Source: Polyangiaceae bacterium
GTDB lineage: Bacteria; Myxococcota_A; Polyangia; Polyangiales; Polyangiaceae
Assembly (NCBI GenBank): GCA_044222475.1
Contig: JBGANF010000034.1
Coordinates: 1-64,000 of the forward strand
Direction: 5' to 3'
DNA: 64,000 nt
Part shown: positions 43,258 to 52,833 of the stretch, piece by piece
Numbering within the stretch: the stretch's first letter is position 1
How the letters are laid out: each line of letters opens with the position of its first letter
Notes under the pieces: generated by a model
Told to the model about the DNA's origin: nothing
What the model saw: only the letters and a program-made list of their open reading frames with translations
The model's database searches: none
Made by a program: the position numbers and the translations under genes

Positions 43258-43302
43258 TCGCTTTTTCGTGATCGGCGCGGTCGTTTCTGCCGATGATGGC
43301 TC

Positions 43303-43890
43303 GTGGACATCGACGATCTCCTCGACCCTCGCTACCTGGTCCCCGTCGCCATCGTGCTCGTCGTGCTCGGCGGCATCGTGTTTGCGGTCATCCGCTCGAT
43401 GGTCGGCAAGAAACGAATGGCCGCGACGCCGGCGTGGGCCCGCGGCGCGTACTCCATCTGGACCGGCGGCGAAGACTCGGGGACGTGGGACGCGTCGCGC
43501 GCGGCGAGCTCGTTGCAGAGCTGGTACGGCGTCGGCAACGCGGCGTCGTTCTGGAACGTCGTGAACGGCCTACGGCAAGGGCAGTCCGGCAACGTCGCGT
43601 GGGACCAGGTTCGGGCGCTCGACCTGCTTCGCATCGCCGTCGCTGCGCGCTACATCGACGAGGAGCGTTGCTGGCTCGAGGCCGGCGGCATCGGTCGGTA
43701 CTTGCAGGGCCGGTTCGACAGCTGGGAAACGCTCGCGCAGGTGTTCGAAGCGGGGATGCATCAGTGGCAGCGGGAACGCAACATGCGTGACCCGCACGAG
43801 CAGAACCGAGTGCAGCGCAACCTGCCGATCCTGCGCAGCCAGATCTGGCCCTCGGTTCCGTTCAAGATGCCCCTCGCGAGCGAGGACTGA
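43303..43890 (+). CDS. Membrane-anchored protein, DUF1266-like
   Basis: N-terminal TM segment; pattern L.SWYG...AWD..R...YI.E...W...F.SW. Confidence 0.55.
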   Translation: MDIDDLLDPRYLVPVAIVLVVLGGIVFAVIRSMVGKKRMAATPAWARGAYSIWTGGEDSGTWDASRAASSLQSWYGVGNAASFWNVVNGLRQGQSGNVAWDQVRALDLLRIAVAARYIDEERCWLEAGGIGRYLQGRFDSWETLAQVFEAGMHQWQRERNMRDPHEQNRVQRNLPILRSQIWPSVPFKMPLASED

Positions 43891-43894
43891 GCGC

Positions 43895-45355
43895 TCAGGC
43901 GTAGGTGCGCCAGAGCTCGTTCTGGAAGACGAGATTGGGGTCGAGGGCGCGCTTGCGCTCGGTGAACTCGGCGAAGCGCGGGTATGCGCGCAGGAGCTGT
44001 TCCTTGGTGGGGTGAAGGCGGTAGGGGAGGTAGTAGCGACCGCCCTCCGCGAGCGCGGCGTCGACGAGGTCCCGCGTGACTTTCGTCATCGCAGCCTCGC
44101 CCTCGGGGGTGCGGCGCTGCGAGAACAGCATCACGAACGAGAACACGTCGGTCGTCGCGTAGGCGAGGAAGGTGTCCGTATCCGCGGAGACGTTGCGCAC
44201 CGTCACGTTGAGCAGGTCGGCGCCGCTGGCGGGGAGAGTGCGCTTCAGGCGGTCGACGAAGCCCGCGAACCGGTCGGCGGGTACGAAGTACTCGTGCAGG
44301 ATGTCCGTCATCTCGGGGCGGCGATTCTGAAAGAGCGTCACCGGCTCGCGTAGGAGCTGATTGCGGGTCGCTTTCGAGCCGCCTTCGTTGCCGAGGTGGC
44401 GCTCGACCGACCAGCGGAGGTGTTTGCCGTACGAGCTCTCGACCTCGCCGCGAAAGAGCAAACGCGCGATCCTGGACGAGTCGCGCTCGCCGACCGGGGG
44501 CAGTGCGGTCGCCGTCGGGTCGTCGCGATACACGGTGAGGATTGCGTCCTCGAGGAACGCATCGGGGTCGACCGAGAGACGCCCGAATGCCATCCCGACG
44601 TCGGCTCCGGTGGCGCGCTCGCGGAAGGTTGCGACGTATTCGGCCGGAGTCGTACCAAATTGGGATGCCACGTAGCCCACGTTGGGGACGACGTCGAGCG
44701 TTGCCTCGACGATGACGCCGAACAGCCCGTAGCCGCCGAGGATCAACGAGAACAGCTCGTCGCCGCGTCGAAGGTCGACCGCCGTGCCGTCGGCGCGGAC
44801 GACGCGCAGCGCTTGCACGGTCGACGCGATGGGCGGCCGATTCGGTTGCCAGCCGTGGCAGTTCACGCTCAGGCTCCCGCCGACGGAGAAGCTGTCGTTC
44901 GACTGCATCACGGCGATCGCTCGTCGCTTCGGGTCGAGGACGTCGATCAGATCATGCCATCGAGCGCCAGCGCCGCAGGTGAGACGGTTCGCCGCTTCGT
45001 CGAGCACCGCGTGATCCACGCCGGTCATGTCGAGCACGACGCCGCCTTTGGCGATGGCGTGTCCGCCCATCGCGTGGCGTGCCCCCGCGACGCTGACCGC
45101 GAGCTTTCTCGCCCTCGCATCGGCGATGGCGTCGGCGATGGTTCGCTCGGCTTCGGCGCGTGGCCCGCGGACCAGCACGATGCGATCGACGTCGCTCTCG
45201 TTCATGCGGCTCGCGTCGTCCATCTTGCCGACCGGCACGGCGGGAAGGCCGGGGCCGTCCGCGATCGCGGTGCGCGCGAGGTGCACCGCCGGTCGCCCCA
45301 GGAACCACGCAGGCACGAGCGACGCCGCGGCGGCGATCCACTTGCGACGTGTCAT
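43895..45355 (-). CDS. FAD-binding oxidoreductase (VAO/PCMH, lactone-oxidase/DprE1-like) with Tat-like N-terminus
   Basis: GARHAMGGH, SVGGSLSVNCHG, GGYGLFGVI, DP..VFQN; MTRRKWI leader. Confidence 0.85.
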   Translation of the reverse strand: MTRRKWIAAAASLVPAWFLGRPAVHLARTAIADGPGLPAVPVGKMDDASRMNESDVDRIVLVRGPRAEAERTIADAIADARARKLAVSVAGARHAMGGHAIAKGGVVLDMTGVDHAVLDEAANRLTCGAGARWHDLIDVLDPKRRAIAVMQSNDSFSVGGSLSVNCHGWQPNRPPIASTVQALRVVRADGTAVDLRRGDELFSLILGGYGLFGVIVEATLDVVPNVGYVASQFGTTPAEYVATFRERATGADVGMAFGRLSVDPDAFLEDAILTVYRDDPTATALPPVGERDSSRIARLLFRGEVESSYGKHLRWSVERHLGNEGGSKATRNQLLREPVTLFQNRRPEMTDILHEYFVPADRFAGFVDRLKRTLPASGADLLNVTVRNVSADTDTFLAYATTDVFSFVMLFSQRRTPEGEAAMTKVTRDLVDAALAEGGRYYLPYRLHPTKEQLLRAYPRFAEFTERKRALDPNLVFQNELWRTYA

Positions 45356-45365
45356 CCGCACGAAG

Positions 45366-45782
45366 CTAGTCCTCGTTCCGTACGAGCGCGGCGAGGCTCG
45401 CGTCTTCCGTTCCGCCGTACGATGCGCCGAGCCACGCATCGAGAATCTCGGTCGCGATGGGCTCCGAGAGAAGCCTCAACGAGAGGGCGAGGACGTTCGC
45501 GTCGTTCCACTTGCGCGCGCCGGCGGCGGTCGCGGCGTCGACCGAGAGCGCGGCGCGGATGCCGCGGACCTTGTTGGCGGCGATCGAGACGCCGGTCCCG
45601 GTCCAGCACATCACGACACCTTGATCGAAGTCTCCCGCGGCCACGGCGCGCGCGGCGCGGGTCGCGACGTCGGCCCAGATCCCGATGGGGAGGAGAGTCG
45701 CCTCGTGGCCGCGCTCGGCGAGCGTGCGGACGACGTGATGAACGACGGGGCGGTCCTCGTCGGCGGCGATGACGAAACGCAT
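45366..45782 (-). CDS. RpiB/LacAB family sugar-phosphate isomerase
   Basis: CWTGTGVSIAANKVRGIRAA and NDANVL motifs. Confidence 0.88.
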   Translation of the reverse strand: MRFVIAADEDRPVVHHVVRTLAERGHEATLLPIGIWADVATRAARAVAAGDFDQGVVMCWTGTGVSIAANKVRGIRAALSVDAATAAGARKWNDANVLALSLRLLSEPIATEILDAWLGASYGGTEDASLAALVRNED

Positions 45783-45811
45783 GCACCATTGTGTACTACA
45801 CTGTTCGTGCG

Positions 45812-46285
45812 ATGCGGATCCTTCACGCGCTCAGCGGTCTCGTCGTCGTTGGTTCGATCGCGATCGGATGCACGACGACCAGCGACGCGCCGTCGTGCGC
45901 ACCGAACGACCGCTGCGCGCACGATCCGCTCTCGTGTTTTTGTACGCCGCAGACGTGCCCCAAGCTCGACGTGTCCAAGCTCGCATCGAAGTGCTCCGGG
46001 TCGGTGGCATGGGTCGCCCGCTACGATTGCGCCGATCACGTCACCGTCGAGTGGTTCGACTCGATGTACCGGCGCGGCGACGTCTACGACACCTCGGGCG
46101 TCCTCATCGGCCACTTCGATGGAACCGACACCGGTCTCTGCACGACGAAGACGTACGGATCCATGGGGGGCGCGAGCTGCCCCTCGAGCTGCACGCTCAT
46201 GTGCGGCGATCCCAAGGCCCGATGGCCGGGGAACCCTCCGTGCGGATTCGCCGACGCCGGCGTCCCCGATTCGGGGAGTGACTGA
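45812..46285 (+). CDS. Small Cys-rich lipoprotein
   Basis: Lipobox AIGC; about 12 Cys. Confidence 0.7.
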   Translation: MRILHALSGLVVVGSIAIGCTTTSDAPSCAPNDRCAHDPLSCFCTPQTCPKLDVSKLASKCSGSVAWVARYDCADHVTVEWFDSMYRRGDVYDTSGVLIGHFDGTDTGLCTTKTYGSMGGASCPSSCTLMCGDPKARWPGNPPCGFADAGVPDSGSD

Positions 46286-46292
46286 GGCCGTC

Positions 46293-46847
46293 CTACGGCC
46301 GATAGCGAGGGATGTCCGGCAGGACGATCGCGGGGGGCGCGGCGGCGCGGAAGTCGATGGTGTTCACGACGGCAGCGTCCGGTGAGCCGTCGGGCTTTTG
46401 CGGCGTGTACGTCCAGGTGGCGCGATCGCACGTGAACGAAACGGCGACCAACGGCAGAATGGCGCCGCTCGTCGACAGGGAGGTGCTCACGTTGGCGATG
46501 CGCACGTTCTCGAACTTCGCGTTCAAGAACACGAACTGCGTGGTGCCAGCCTTTCGCAGCTCGAGCGTGAGGAGCTTGAACACCTGACCACTCGTCGTCG
46601 CCGCGAGCAGCTTCGGGTAGGCGCGGTTCATGACCATGGTGAACGCGAACCCGCGCGTGCCGCCGCTCACGGTGTCGCTGTACGAGTCCACGGAGATCCA
46701 GCCGGGATGCCTCGCGTCCATCGACTCGCCGGGCGCTTCGGCGATTTGGATGAACCCATCGACCATCGCCGCATCGGCCCGCGAGGTGGCGAAGACGACG
46801 ACGGCGGCGACGAGGAGCGAACGGAGGAGGAGCTTGAGCGACGGCAT
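46293..46847 (-). CDS. hcp: Hcp-family (T6SS tube-like) protein with N-terminal signal peptide
   Basis: GESMDARHPGWI, FT...NRAYPKL....SG, and VSF...TWTYTPQKPDG match the Hcp1 pattern; hydrophobic leader ending ADA. Confidence 0.82.
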   Translation of the reverse strand: MPSLKLLLRSLLVAAVVVFATSRADAAMVDGFIQIAEAPGESMDARHPGWISVDSYSDTVSGGTRGFAFTMVMNRAYPKLLAATTSGQVFKLLTLELRKAGTTQFVFLNAKFENVRIANVSTSLSTSGAILPLVAVSFTCDRATWTYTPQKPDGSPDAAVVNTIDFRAAAPPAIVLPDIPRYRP

Positions 46848-46981
46848 GCCCCGTTCGCAAAGCAAGCGCCGCGCCGCGCGGGATTCGTCGCGGTCGCCCT
46901 GCGCGCGGACGCGCACGGTCTGCGCTCGAGCGAAAAGAGCACGAGGACGAGCACGAGCGTCGCCGACTATGAAGACAGGCC

Positions 46982-47422
46982 CTAGTTCGTGCAATTTCGG
47001 GCGTACGCGGCCTTCACGGTAGGCACGCCGTCGCAGGCCCAGCGCTCGTTCGCGATGGCGTCGGCGATGCACTTCGCGAGGTTGGGATTGCTCCCCTCGC
47101 TCGATGTCGCGCGAACGCTCGTTGGGCACCCTGCCTCGGTCAGCGAAATGACGATGTCATCGACGCAATCCGTGAGCGGCAAGCACTGCTCGACGACGAT
47201 CTTCGACACGAGGGTGGTGGCTCCAGCGTCCGCGCATCCGTTCGTCTCGGCGCGCGTTCCACACGACGCCGCGTCCACGTCGACCGAGGGTCTCGGAGCC
47301 GCATCGACGGCGACCCCATCCTGACCCCCGTCCGTCGCGGCGGGCGGTGGAGCCATGCTCCCACAGCCCAACGCGAGCGCGGCGAGCGCGAGCGTGACTC
47401 GTCCTCGATCGGTGGAGCGCAC
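46982..47422 (-). CDS. Small Cys-rich lipoprotein
   Basis: Lipobox ALGC, DGG/DAA linker, paired Cys. Confidence 0.65.
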   Translation of the reverse strand: MRSTDRGRVTLALAALALGCGSMAPPPAATDGGQDGVAVDAAPRPSVDVDAASCGTRAETNGCADAGATTLVSKIVVEQCLPLTDCVDDIVISLTEAGCPTSVRATSSEGSNPNLAKCIADAIANERWACDGVPTVKAAYARNCTN

Positions 47423-47437
47423 CGATGAAGCGTAGCT

Positions 47438-48193
47438 CTACGGCTTGCCTTCCGCGACTGCCGGCGGCGGCGTCGTCGCCGATGCGGTCGGCGCTGCGGT
47501 TCCCGCCGCCGCTGCGACGAGCGCGTCGGCCACCTTCTTCTGGGCGCGCACCAGGATCGCGTCGACCGCGTCGGCCGCGGCGTCGCGCAGCTCGGTGTCG
47601 ATCGCCGACTGCGGCGCGGCGATCTGCGGGGTGATCAGGAGGTCGCACTTGAGGACCGTCGTCTGCGGATCGATTGCCCGCATGGTCACCTGGATGTCTG
47701 CCGCGTTCACGTTGCCGCTGACGAGCTTGCCGACGAGGACTTCCGTTCCCGGTGCCGTCGTCTTCAACGGTTCGAAGCGGATGATCTGCCAGAGCATGAT
47801 CATGCCGTGAAGGATCGGCACCTGGACGTAGACGTCGGTGGTCCCGGGCGAGCCCTGGTTCTTGTCGACGATGCGCGCCGTCTTGAACTTGCCGTTCGAG
47901 TACTCCTTGTACTTTCCGAAATCGAGCACCTGCGCGCGCACGAGATCGATCGGCGCTTGCACGAGCGCTTCGCCGTGGCCGTAACGCGCCGTCGCTCCCG
48001 CGGGGACGTAGTTCCAACGAAGCGCGTGACCTTGGGCGGCGCGGAGGCGTGCGACCTCGGGATCGACGGCCGGCGCGGCCGGCGCGGCGGGGCCGGCCGG
48101 AGCAGTCGCCGCGGGAGGCGCGTCGGCGAGCGCGGTCGAGGCCGCGAGCATCGGGATGACGAGCGAGAGCAAACGAAGCGAACGCATCGGCAT
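47438..48193 (-). CDS. Secreted START/SRPBCC-fold protein
   Basis: Signal peptide; pattern ALVQAPIDLV...VLDFGKYKEY and a C-terminal helix typical of helix-grip folds. Confidence 0.6.
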   Translation of the reverse strand: MPMRSLRLLSLVIPMLAASTALADAPPAATAPAGPAAPAAPAVDPEVARLRAAQGHALRWNYVPAGATARYGHGEALVQAPIDLVRAQVLDFGKYKEYSNGKFKTARIVDKNQGSPGTTDVYVQVPILHGMIMLWQIIRFEPLKTTAPGTEVLVGKLVSGNVNAADIQVTMRAIDPQTTVLKCDLLITPQIAAPQSAIDTELRDAAADAVDAILVRAQKKVADALVAAAAGTAAPTASATTPPPAVAEGKP

Positions 48194-48338
48194 GGAGCAG
48201 TGCAAGTTTCGCTCCTTTCTCGGGTCGCGCAAGGATGCGGCCAAGTGCACGGATCCTCGTGGGTTTCGTTGCCGTAGCCTGTGCCGTGTGGCACGCGAAT
48301 CACAGTTCGCGTGACGGTGAAGTCGCAGTGGGCGCGAG

Positions 48339-48410
48339 GACGCGCACGCGCACGTGCACGTGCACGTGCACGTGCACGGGTACGAGTACGAGTACGAGTA
48401 CGGGTAAGAG
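48339..48410. repeat. Degenerate hexamer array (CACGTG/CACGCG/TACGAG), 12 units
   Basis: Read directly; lies just downstream of the stop of the HEAT-repeat gene. Confidence 0.9.
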
Positions 48411-48414
48411 GCGC

Positions 48415-51276
48415 CTAGGACCTGGCGAATCGACCCCGGCCCTCGGAGTACCACCAGTCCCTGTACCGCTGCTGGATCCGCTCTCGGTCCCGCTTCGGGA
48501 GGTCCTCGTAGTAGCCGAACGTCTGCCTCGTGAGCGTCTTGAGCTCTTCGGACGCCGCCTTGCGCAGCGCGGGCGTCTCGCTCTCGAGCGCTTCGATGAG
48601 CCACTCGACGCGGTGCTGTTGTGCGTGCTCTCCCCACCACGACAGCCAGCGCTTCGCGTCGAGCGCGAAGTCGTGCTTGGTGACCGCGATGAGGGCGCGT
48701 CGCGAGGCCATCTGCACTTCGGCGTCGGCGTCCGCGAGCTGGTGCACGAGCACGGGCACGCACGACGCCTCGCGCAAGTACGCGAGCGCGTCGACGACGC
48801 CGAGCCGCACCGCGCGGCTCGCGCGGGCGTCGCGCAGGGTGCGCGCGGACTCCGCCACGAGCGCCTCGCGCGCGGCATCGCCGAGCGCACGAGCGGCCGC
48901 GCGGGCCACGCCCCGGACCTTCGGGTCCGAGTCGTAGAACCGGGCGACGAGCGCGGGAACCGCCTCGACGTAGGCGAGCTCGGTGAGGAGGAACGTGGCC
49001 CAGAACCGGCGCGCCGAATCGCCGGAGCGCATCTCCTCGACGACGTAGGGCAGCGCGACCTTGCGCTGAGCGGCGATCAACCGGAGGAGCGGCCCGCACT
49101 CGCGCGGCTTCGGATACGGGTCGGTGAGCTCGTTGCGCGAGATGGCGAGCGGTCCGGGGAAGCGCGACATGAGCGCCGGCATCGCGTTGCGACCCTGCCG
49201 AAGGAGCTCGCCCTCCGCCTGCCCCGACTCGTCCTTGCCCTCGACGATCTTGTCGATGACGTGCAGGAGCTCCGAGTCCATGTCGACCATGATCGACGGG
49301 AGCTCTTCGAGCTTGTACGAAGCGGGCGGGTGGCGTGGACCGACGGCGACGGCCTGCGATGCGGGTCCGTCCAAGTCGAGCTCTTCTTCGGACGACGGCG
49401 GTGCGTCGTCTTCGATCTCGCCGAGCTCGCGGAGGAGCGCTTGCTCTTCCGCGTCGTCGAGAGTCACCGCTTGAAGCGCTGGGGTGCTCTCGAAGCGCGG
49501 CTCCTCGTCGATCTCCGGCTCGACCGGCTCTTCGCGGGGGATCGGCGCGCGGTCGAACGAGCGCACGGCGAGCTCGGGCGGCGGCGGCTTGCTCTGCGTC
49601 TTGGTGCGAAGCGGGAACACCGGCTGCGGTTCGGCGCGATCGGTTTCGGTCGGTGCTTCGGCCGCCGGCGTCGGAGGAGGCGGCGCGCTCGATGTCGGAT
49701 CAGGGCCGCCTGGCGCGTCGCTCCGGCGCGCCATCGGGGTGTCGCGCGGCGTCAGGCTGCTCGACGGCGGATCGCTCCGCTGCGCGGGGGCAGCCGGCGG
49801 CGGTTGGCTGCTCGTCGCAGCGCCCGCCGCGTTGGGCCCGAGGAGCGCGCGACCGAGCGCTTGCGCGCGCGCCGCGTTGTCTCGACCGGTGCGAGGCGGG
49901 CTCGACTTGATCGGCAGCGGGATGTCGGCGGTGAGCTCCACCTTCCCCGACGCCGGTCCACCGGCGGGCGCGGCGCTGAAGCCGCTGAGCTTCTTCCTCA
50001 CGATGATCCGCTCGAACGCGGTACCGGCGGTCTTCACGAAATCGAGGGCGTCCGCGATGGCCTTGCGGTCGATCGCGTCGGGGCCCGCATCACCGACCAG
50101 GAGCGCGACCGCGCGCCCGCGGACGAGGACCGGGGCGACCACGATCTCGGTAGCGGTCGTGCGCTCGAGATCGCTGCGCAGGATCACGTCGGCCTCGTCG
50201 GTCGAAGTGGTCGTGAACACCGGCTGTTTCGTCTCGCGCGCGGCGCCGACGCCGAACGCATCGCGTCCCTCCGCGAGGTCTCCGTGGACCACGAAGAGCG
50301 CGGCGAAGTCGAAGAACTGGCGGCCGAACTCGAAGAGCAGATCGAGGATCCCGTCGCGATCCTCGGCGGATTTCATCTCTTCTTTGGCGACCTCGGCGCT
50401 GAGCGGTCCGCGGCGTCGGCGGATCGGGCGCGTCGCGTTGCTCGTCGCGCGGATGAACGTCGGCGCTTCGGGCGGGGGCGCGACGATCGTCGGGCTCGCG
50501 TACGCACCGGTGGTGCGGGACTGCGGCGGCGGAACGGTGACTGGCGGCGCGACCGCCGTCTCGTCGTCGGCTTCGATCCGCGGGGCGGGGAAGCCGGCTT
50601 GCGTCTGCGTTCTGCTCTTGAGGTGGACCACCTGCATCGGCGGCGGAGCCGGCGTCTCGTCGGTGTCGGGCGCGGTGTCGATTTGGGTCGCCGGGATGCC
50701 GTACGCCGGGCTCAGCCGGTACGGCGGGATCGACGCCGGCTTCGGCGGAGTCTGCACGATGGGTGCATTCTGCAACAAAGGCGGGCGCGAGCTCGGGATG
50801 CGCGCGTCTTGACCGGCGAGGCGCTGGATCAGCGCTTCGAGGCGGCGCTCGAGCGGGGCGCCGTACGCGCTCGAGAGCGCTTCGCGCACTCTCACGACGA
50901 GTGCGTAGACCTGCTCGATCTGCTGCCCCATCGCGAACGCGAGCTGCTCCTCCTCGTCCTTGCCGAGTGGCTCGGACAGCGCGACGACGATCTTCTCGCC
51001 GGCGGAGGAGAGGGGAAAGAGGCCTCGCCGCACCGCGAGCTCGGCCGGGATGAGCTCGAGGACCTCCTTCGCGGGCACCTTCAAGGCCCCCGCCGGCGCC
51101 GGGGGGAGCTTCGCCTCTTCGGCCGCCAAAGTCGCGAGCTGCCATTCGTCGACCGCGGTCACCTCGAGGAGGTTCGTGACGAGGTCGCCCCCATACAGCA
51201 CCTGGCGAGCCAAGGCCTCTTCGACCTGGCGGATCGTGGCGATCTCGCGTTGGACGATGAGGGAGCTCAGAGACAT
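48415..51276 (-). CDS. FrgA-like protein: GSPII_N/MshEN-like N-domain, Pro-rich linkers, C-terminal HEAT repeats
   Basis: N-terminal QVEEALARQ...IPAELAVRRGLFPL...VALSEP; C-terminal D.D..VR..A..A repeats. Confidence 0.7.
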   Translation of the reverse strand: MSLSSLIVQREIATIRQVEEALARQVLYGGDLVTNLLEVTAVDEWQLATLAAEEAKLPPAPAGALKVPAKEVLELIPAELAVRRGLFPLSSAGEKIVVALSEPLGKDEEEQLAFAMGQQIEQVYALVVRVREALSSAYGAPLERRLEALIQRLAGQDARIPSSRPPLLQNAPIVQTPPKPASIPPYRLSPAYGIPATQIDTAPDTDETPAPPPMQVVHLKSRTQTQAGFPAPRIEADDETAVAPPVTVPPPQSRTTGAYASPTIVAPPPEAPTFIRATSNATRPIRRRRGPLSAEVAKEEMKSAEDRDGILDLLFEFGRQFFDFAALFVVHGDLAEGRDAFGVGAARETKQPVFTTTSTDEADVILRSDLERTTATEIVVAPVLVRGRAVALLVGDAGPDAIDRKAIADALDFVKTAGTAFERIIVRKKLSGFSAAPAGGPASGKVELTADIPLPIKSSPPRTGRDNAARAQALGRALLGPNAAGAATSSQPPPAAPAQRSDPPSSSLTPRDTPMARRSDAPGGPDPTSSAPPPPTPAAEAPTETDRAEPQPVFPLRTKTQSKPPPPELAVRSFDRAPIPREEPVEPEIDEEPRFESTPALQAVTLDDAEEQALLRELGEIEDDAPPSSEEELDLDGPASQAVAVGPRHPPASYKLEELPSIMVDMDSELLHVIDKIVEGKDESGQAEGELLRQGRNAMPALMSRFPGPLAISRNELTDPYPKPRECGPLLRLIAAQRKVALPYVVEEMRSGDSARRFWATFLLTELAYVEAVPALVARFYDSDPKVRGVARAAARALGDAAREALVAESARTLRDARASRAVRLGVVDALAYLREASCVPVLVHQLADADAEVQMASRRALIAVTKHDFALDAKRWLSWWGEHAQQHRVEWLIEALESETPALRKAASEELKTLTRQTFGYYEDLPKRDRERIQQRYRDWWYSEGRGRFARS

Positions 51277-51325
51277 GCCGGGTAAGAAGGGAGCATACCC
51301 CGCCCAAAAAGTGGAAGAAACAGAG

Positions 51326-52825
51326 CTATCCAGGTCCGGCGAACGCTCGTTCGAGCGCGTCGACCAGGGCGGGCACGGTGGCCGCCGGTGCCTCCACGTC
51401 GATCGCGAACCCGCGCTTTCGGGCGGCCTCGGACGTGACCGGTCCGATCGAGGCCAGCGTGACGCTCTTGGGGAGGGCGAGGCCGCCGAGCGCGTCGGCG
51501 AAGTGCTCGACCGTGCTCGCGCTCGTGAAGAGGACGGCGTCGAGGCCGCCACCCTCGCCCGACACGAGCGAACGGAGCCGGTCGGCGGCGCCCGGCGCCG
51601 GAACGGTGACGTACATCGGCACCACGGTCACCTCGCACCCAGCGGCGCGCAGCGTCTCGGGGAGGACCTCCCGTGCGTCTCGAGCCCGGGCGAGCAGGAT
51701 CTTGGGGCGGGCGTCGCCGAGGGACTCGAGGATCGCCTCGGCCAGCCCTTCGCCGCGGAAGTCCTTCGCCGTCACGTCGGCGCGGATGCCGCGGTCGAGG
51801 AGGGCGTCGCGCGTCGCCGGTCCCACCACGGCGACCCGCGCTCGACCGAGCGCCCGGGCATCGCGACCGCGGGCAGCGAGCGCCTCGAAGAACGCTTCGA
51901 CGCCGTTCTCACTCGTGAACACCACGACCCCGTAGTCGCCCAGCTGGTCGATGGCGGCATCGATCGGCGCTCGATCGGGGGGAGGCACGAAGGAGATCAT
52001 CGGCACGATCACCGGCTCCGCGCCGCGCGCCCGCAAGAGCTCTGCGGTGCGGCGCGCTTGCCCCTCGGCGCGAGCGACGAGGATGCGCTTCCCGAACAAT
52101 GGCCGCGAGTCGAACCAACGAAGGAGATCGCGTTCCGACAGCGAATCGCCCACGAGAAGCATCCCGTGGCCGCGGCCGAAGCCGGCGACGTGCTTCCGGA
52201 TGCCGACCAGCGTGTCCAAGATCACGCGCTGCGACGGGAGCGACACGTCGCGGACCAGCGCAGCCGGCGTCTCCGGCGAGCGGCCGTAGTAGGTGAGGGT
52301 CTCGGTGATCTCCTCGACCTGGTGGAAATGCACGACGAGCACGAGGGTGTCGGTCGCGAGGCTCAGCTTGGTCCAGTCGTGGAGGTGCCCAGCGTCGTGG
52401 ACGACCGCGAGGGCGACCGAAGGCGTGACGTCGGTCGCGCGGTTGAGCGCCAGACCCGTGTAGACTGCAACTGCCGTAGGGGCGATCACTCCGGCGACGA
52501 CCTCGCCGTGGATGCCGGCCGCGCGCACGCGCGCCAGCTCGACCGTGCCGCCGCGAAACGCGAACGGATCGCCGACGAACACGCGAGCGACGTCGTGCCC
52601 CTCGCGGGCGAGGCGGACGAGCTCGTCGGCGACGGCCTCGGGCGGCTCGTCGCGGCGCTTCATGATTCGCTTGGCACCCTTGGCGCGAGCGAGGGTCTCC
52701 TCGTGGACGCCCTCCTCGTGGACCACGATCGTCGCGCCGGCGAGGAGCTCGCTCGCTCGCAACGTGAGGAGCCGCGGGTCCCCGGGCCCGGCGCCGATGA
52801 ACGAGATGTGCCCCGGTTTCGTCAT
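51326..52825 (-). CDS. cobA: Uroporphyrinogen-III C-methyltransferase / synthase fusion (CobA-HemD)
   Basis: GAGPGDPRLLTLRA, GDPF, WFDSRPLFGKRI, FTSENGV, FTSASTV, IGPVT. Confidence 0.9.
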   Translation of the reverse strand: MTKPGHISFIGAGPGDPRLLTLRASELLAGATIVVHEEGVHEETLARAKGAKRIMKRRDEPPEAVADELVRLAREGHDVARVFVGDPFAFRGGTVELARVRAAGIHGEVVAGVIAPTAVAVYTGLALNRATDVTPSVALAVVHDAGHLHDWTKLSLATDTLVLVVHFHQVEEITETLTYYGRSPETPAALVRDVSLPSQRVILDTLVGIRKHVAGFGRGHGMLLVGDSLSERDLLRWFDSRPLFGKRILVARAEGQARRTAELLRARGAEPVIVPMISFVPPPDRAPIDAAIDQLGDYGVVVFTSENGVEAFFEALAARGRDARALGRARVAVVGPATRDALLDRGIRADVTAKDFRGEGLAEAILESLGDARPKILLARARDAREVLPETLRAAGCEVTVVPMYVTVPAPGAADRLRSLVSGEGGGLDAVLFTSASTVEHFADALGGLALPKSVTLASIGPVTSEAARKRGFAIDVEAPAATVPALVDALERAFAGPG

Positions 52826-52833
52826 CGTGCTGC

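Noticed and set aside
46293..46847. A complete type VI secretion locus
   Set aside because: No sheath, baseplate, VgrG, PAAR or membrane-complex genes are recognisable in the window.
41252..48193. Prophage or integrative element for the accessory-looking block
   Set aside because: No integrase, transposase, phage genes or att-like repeats were seen.
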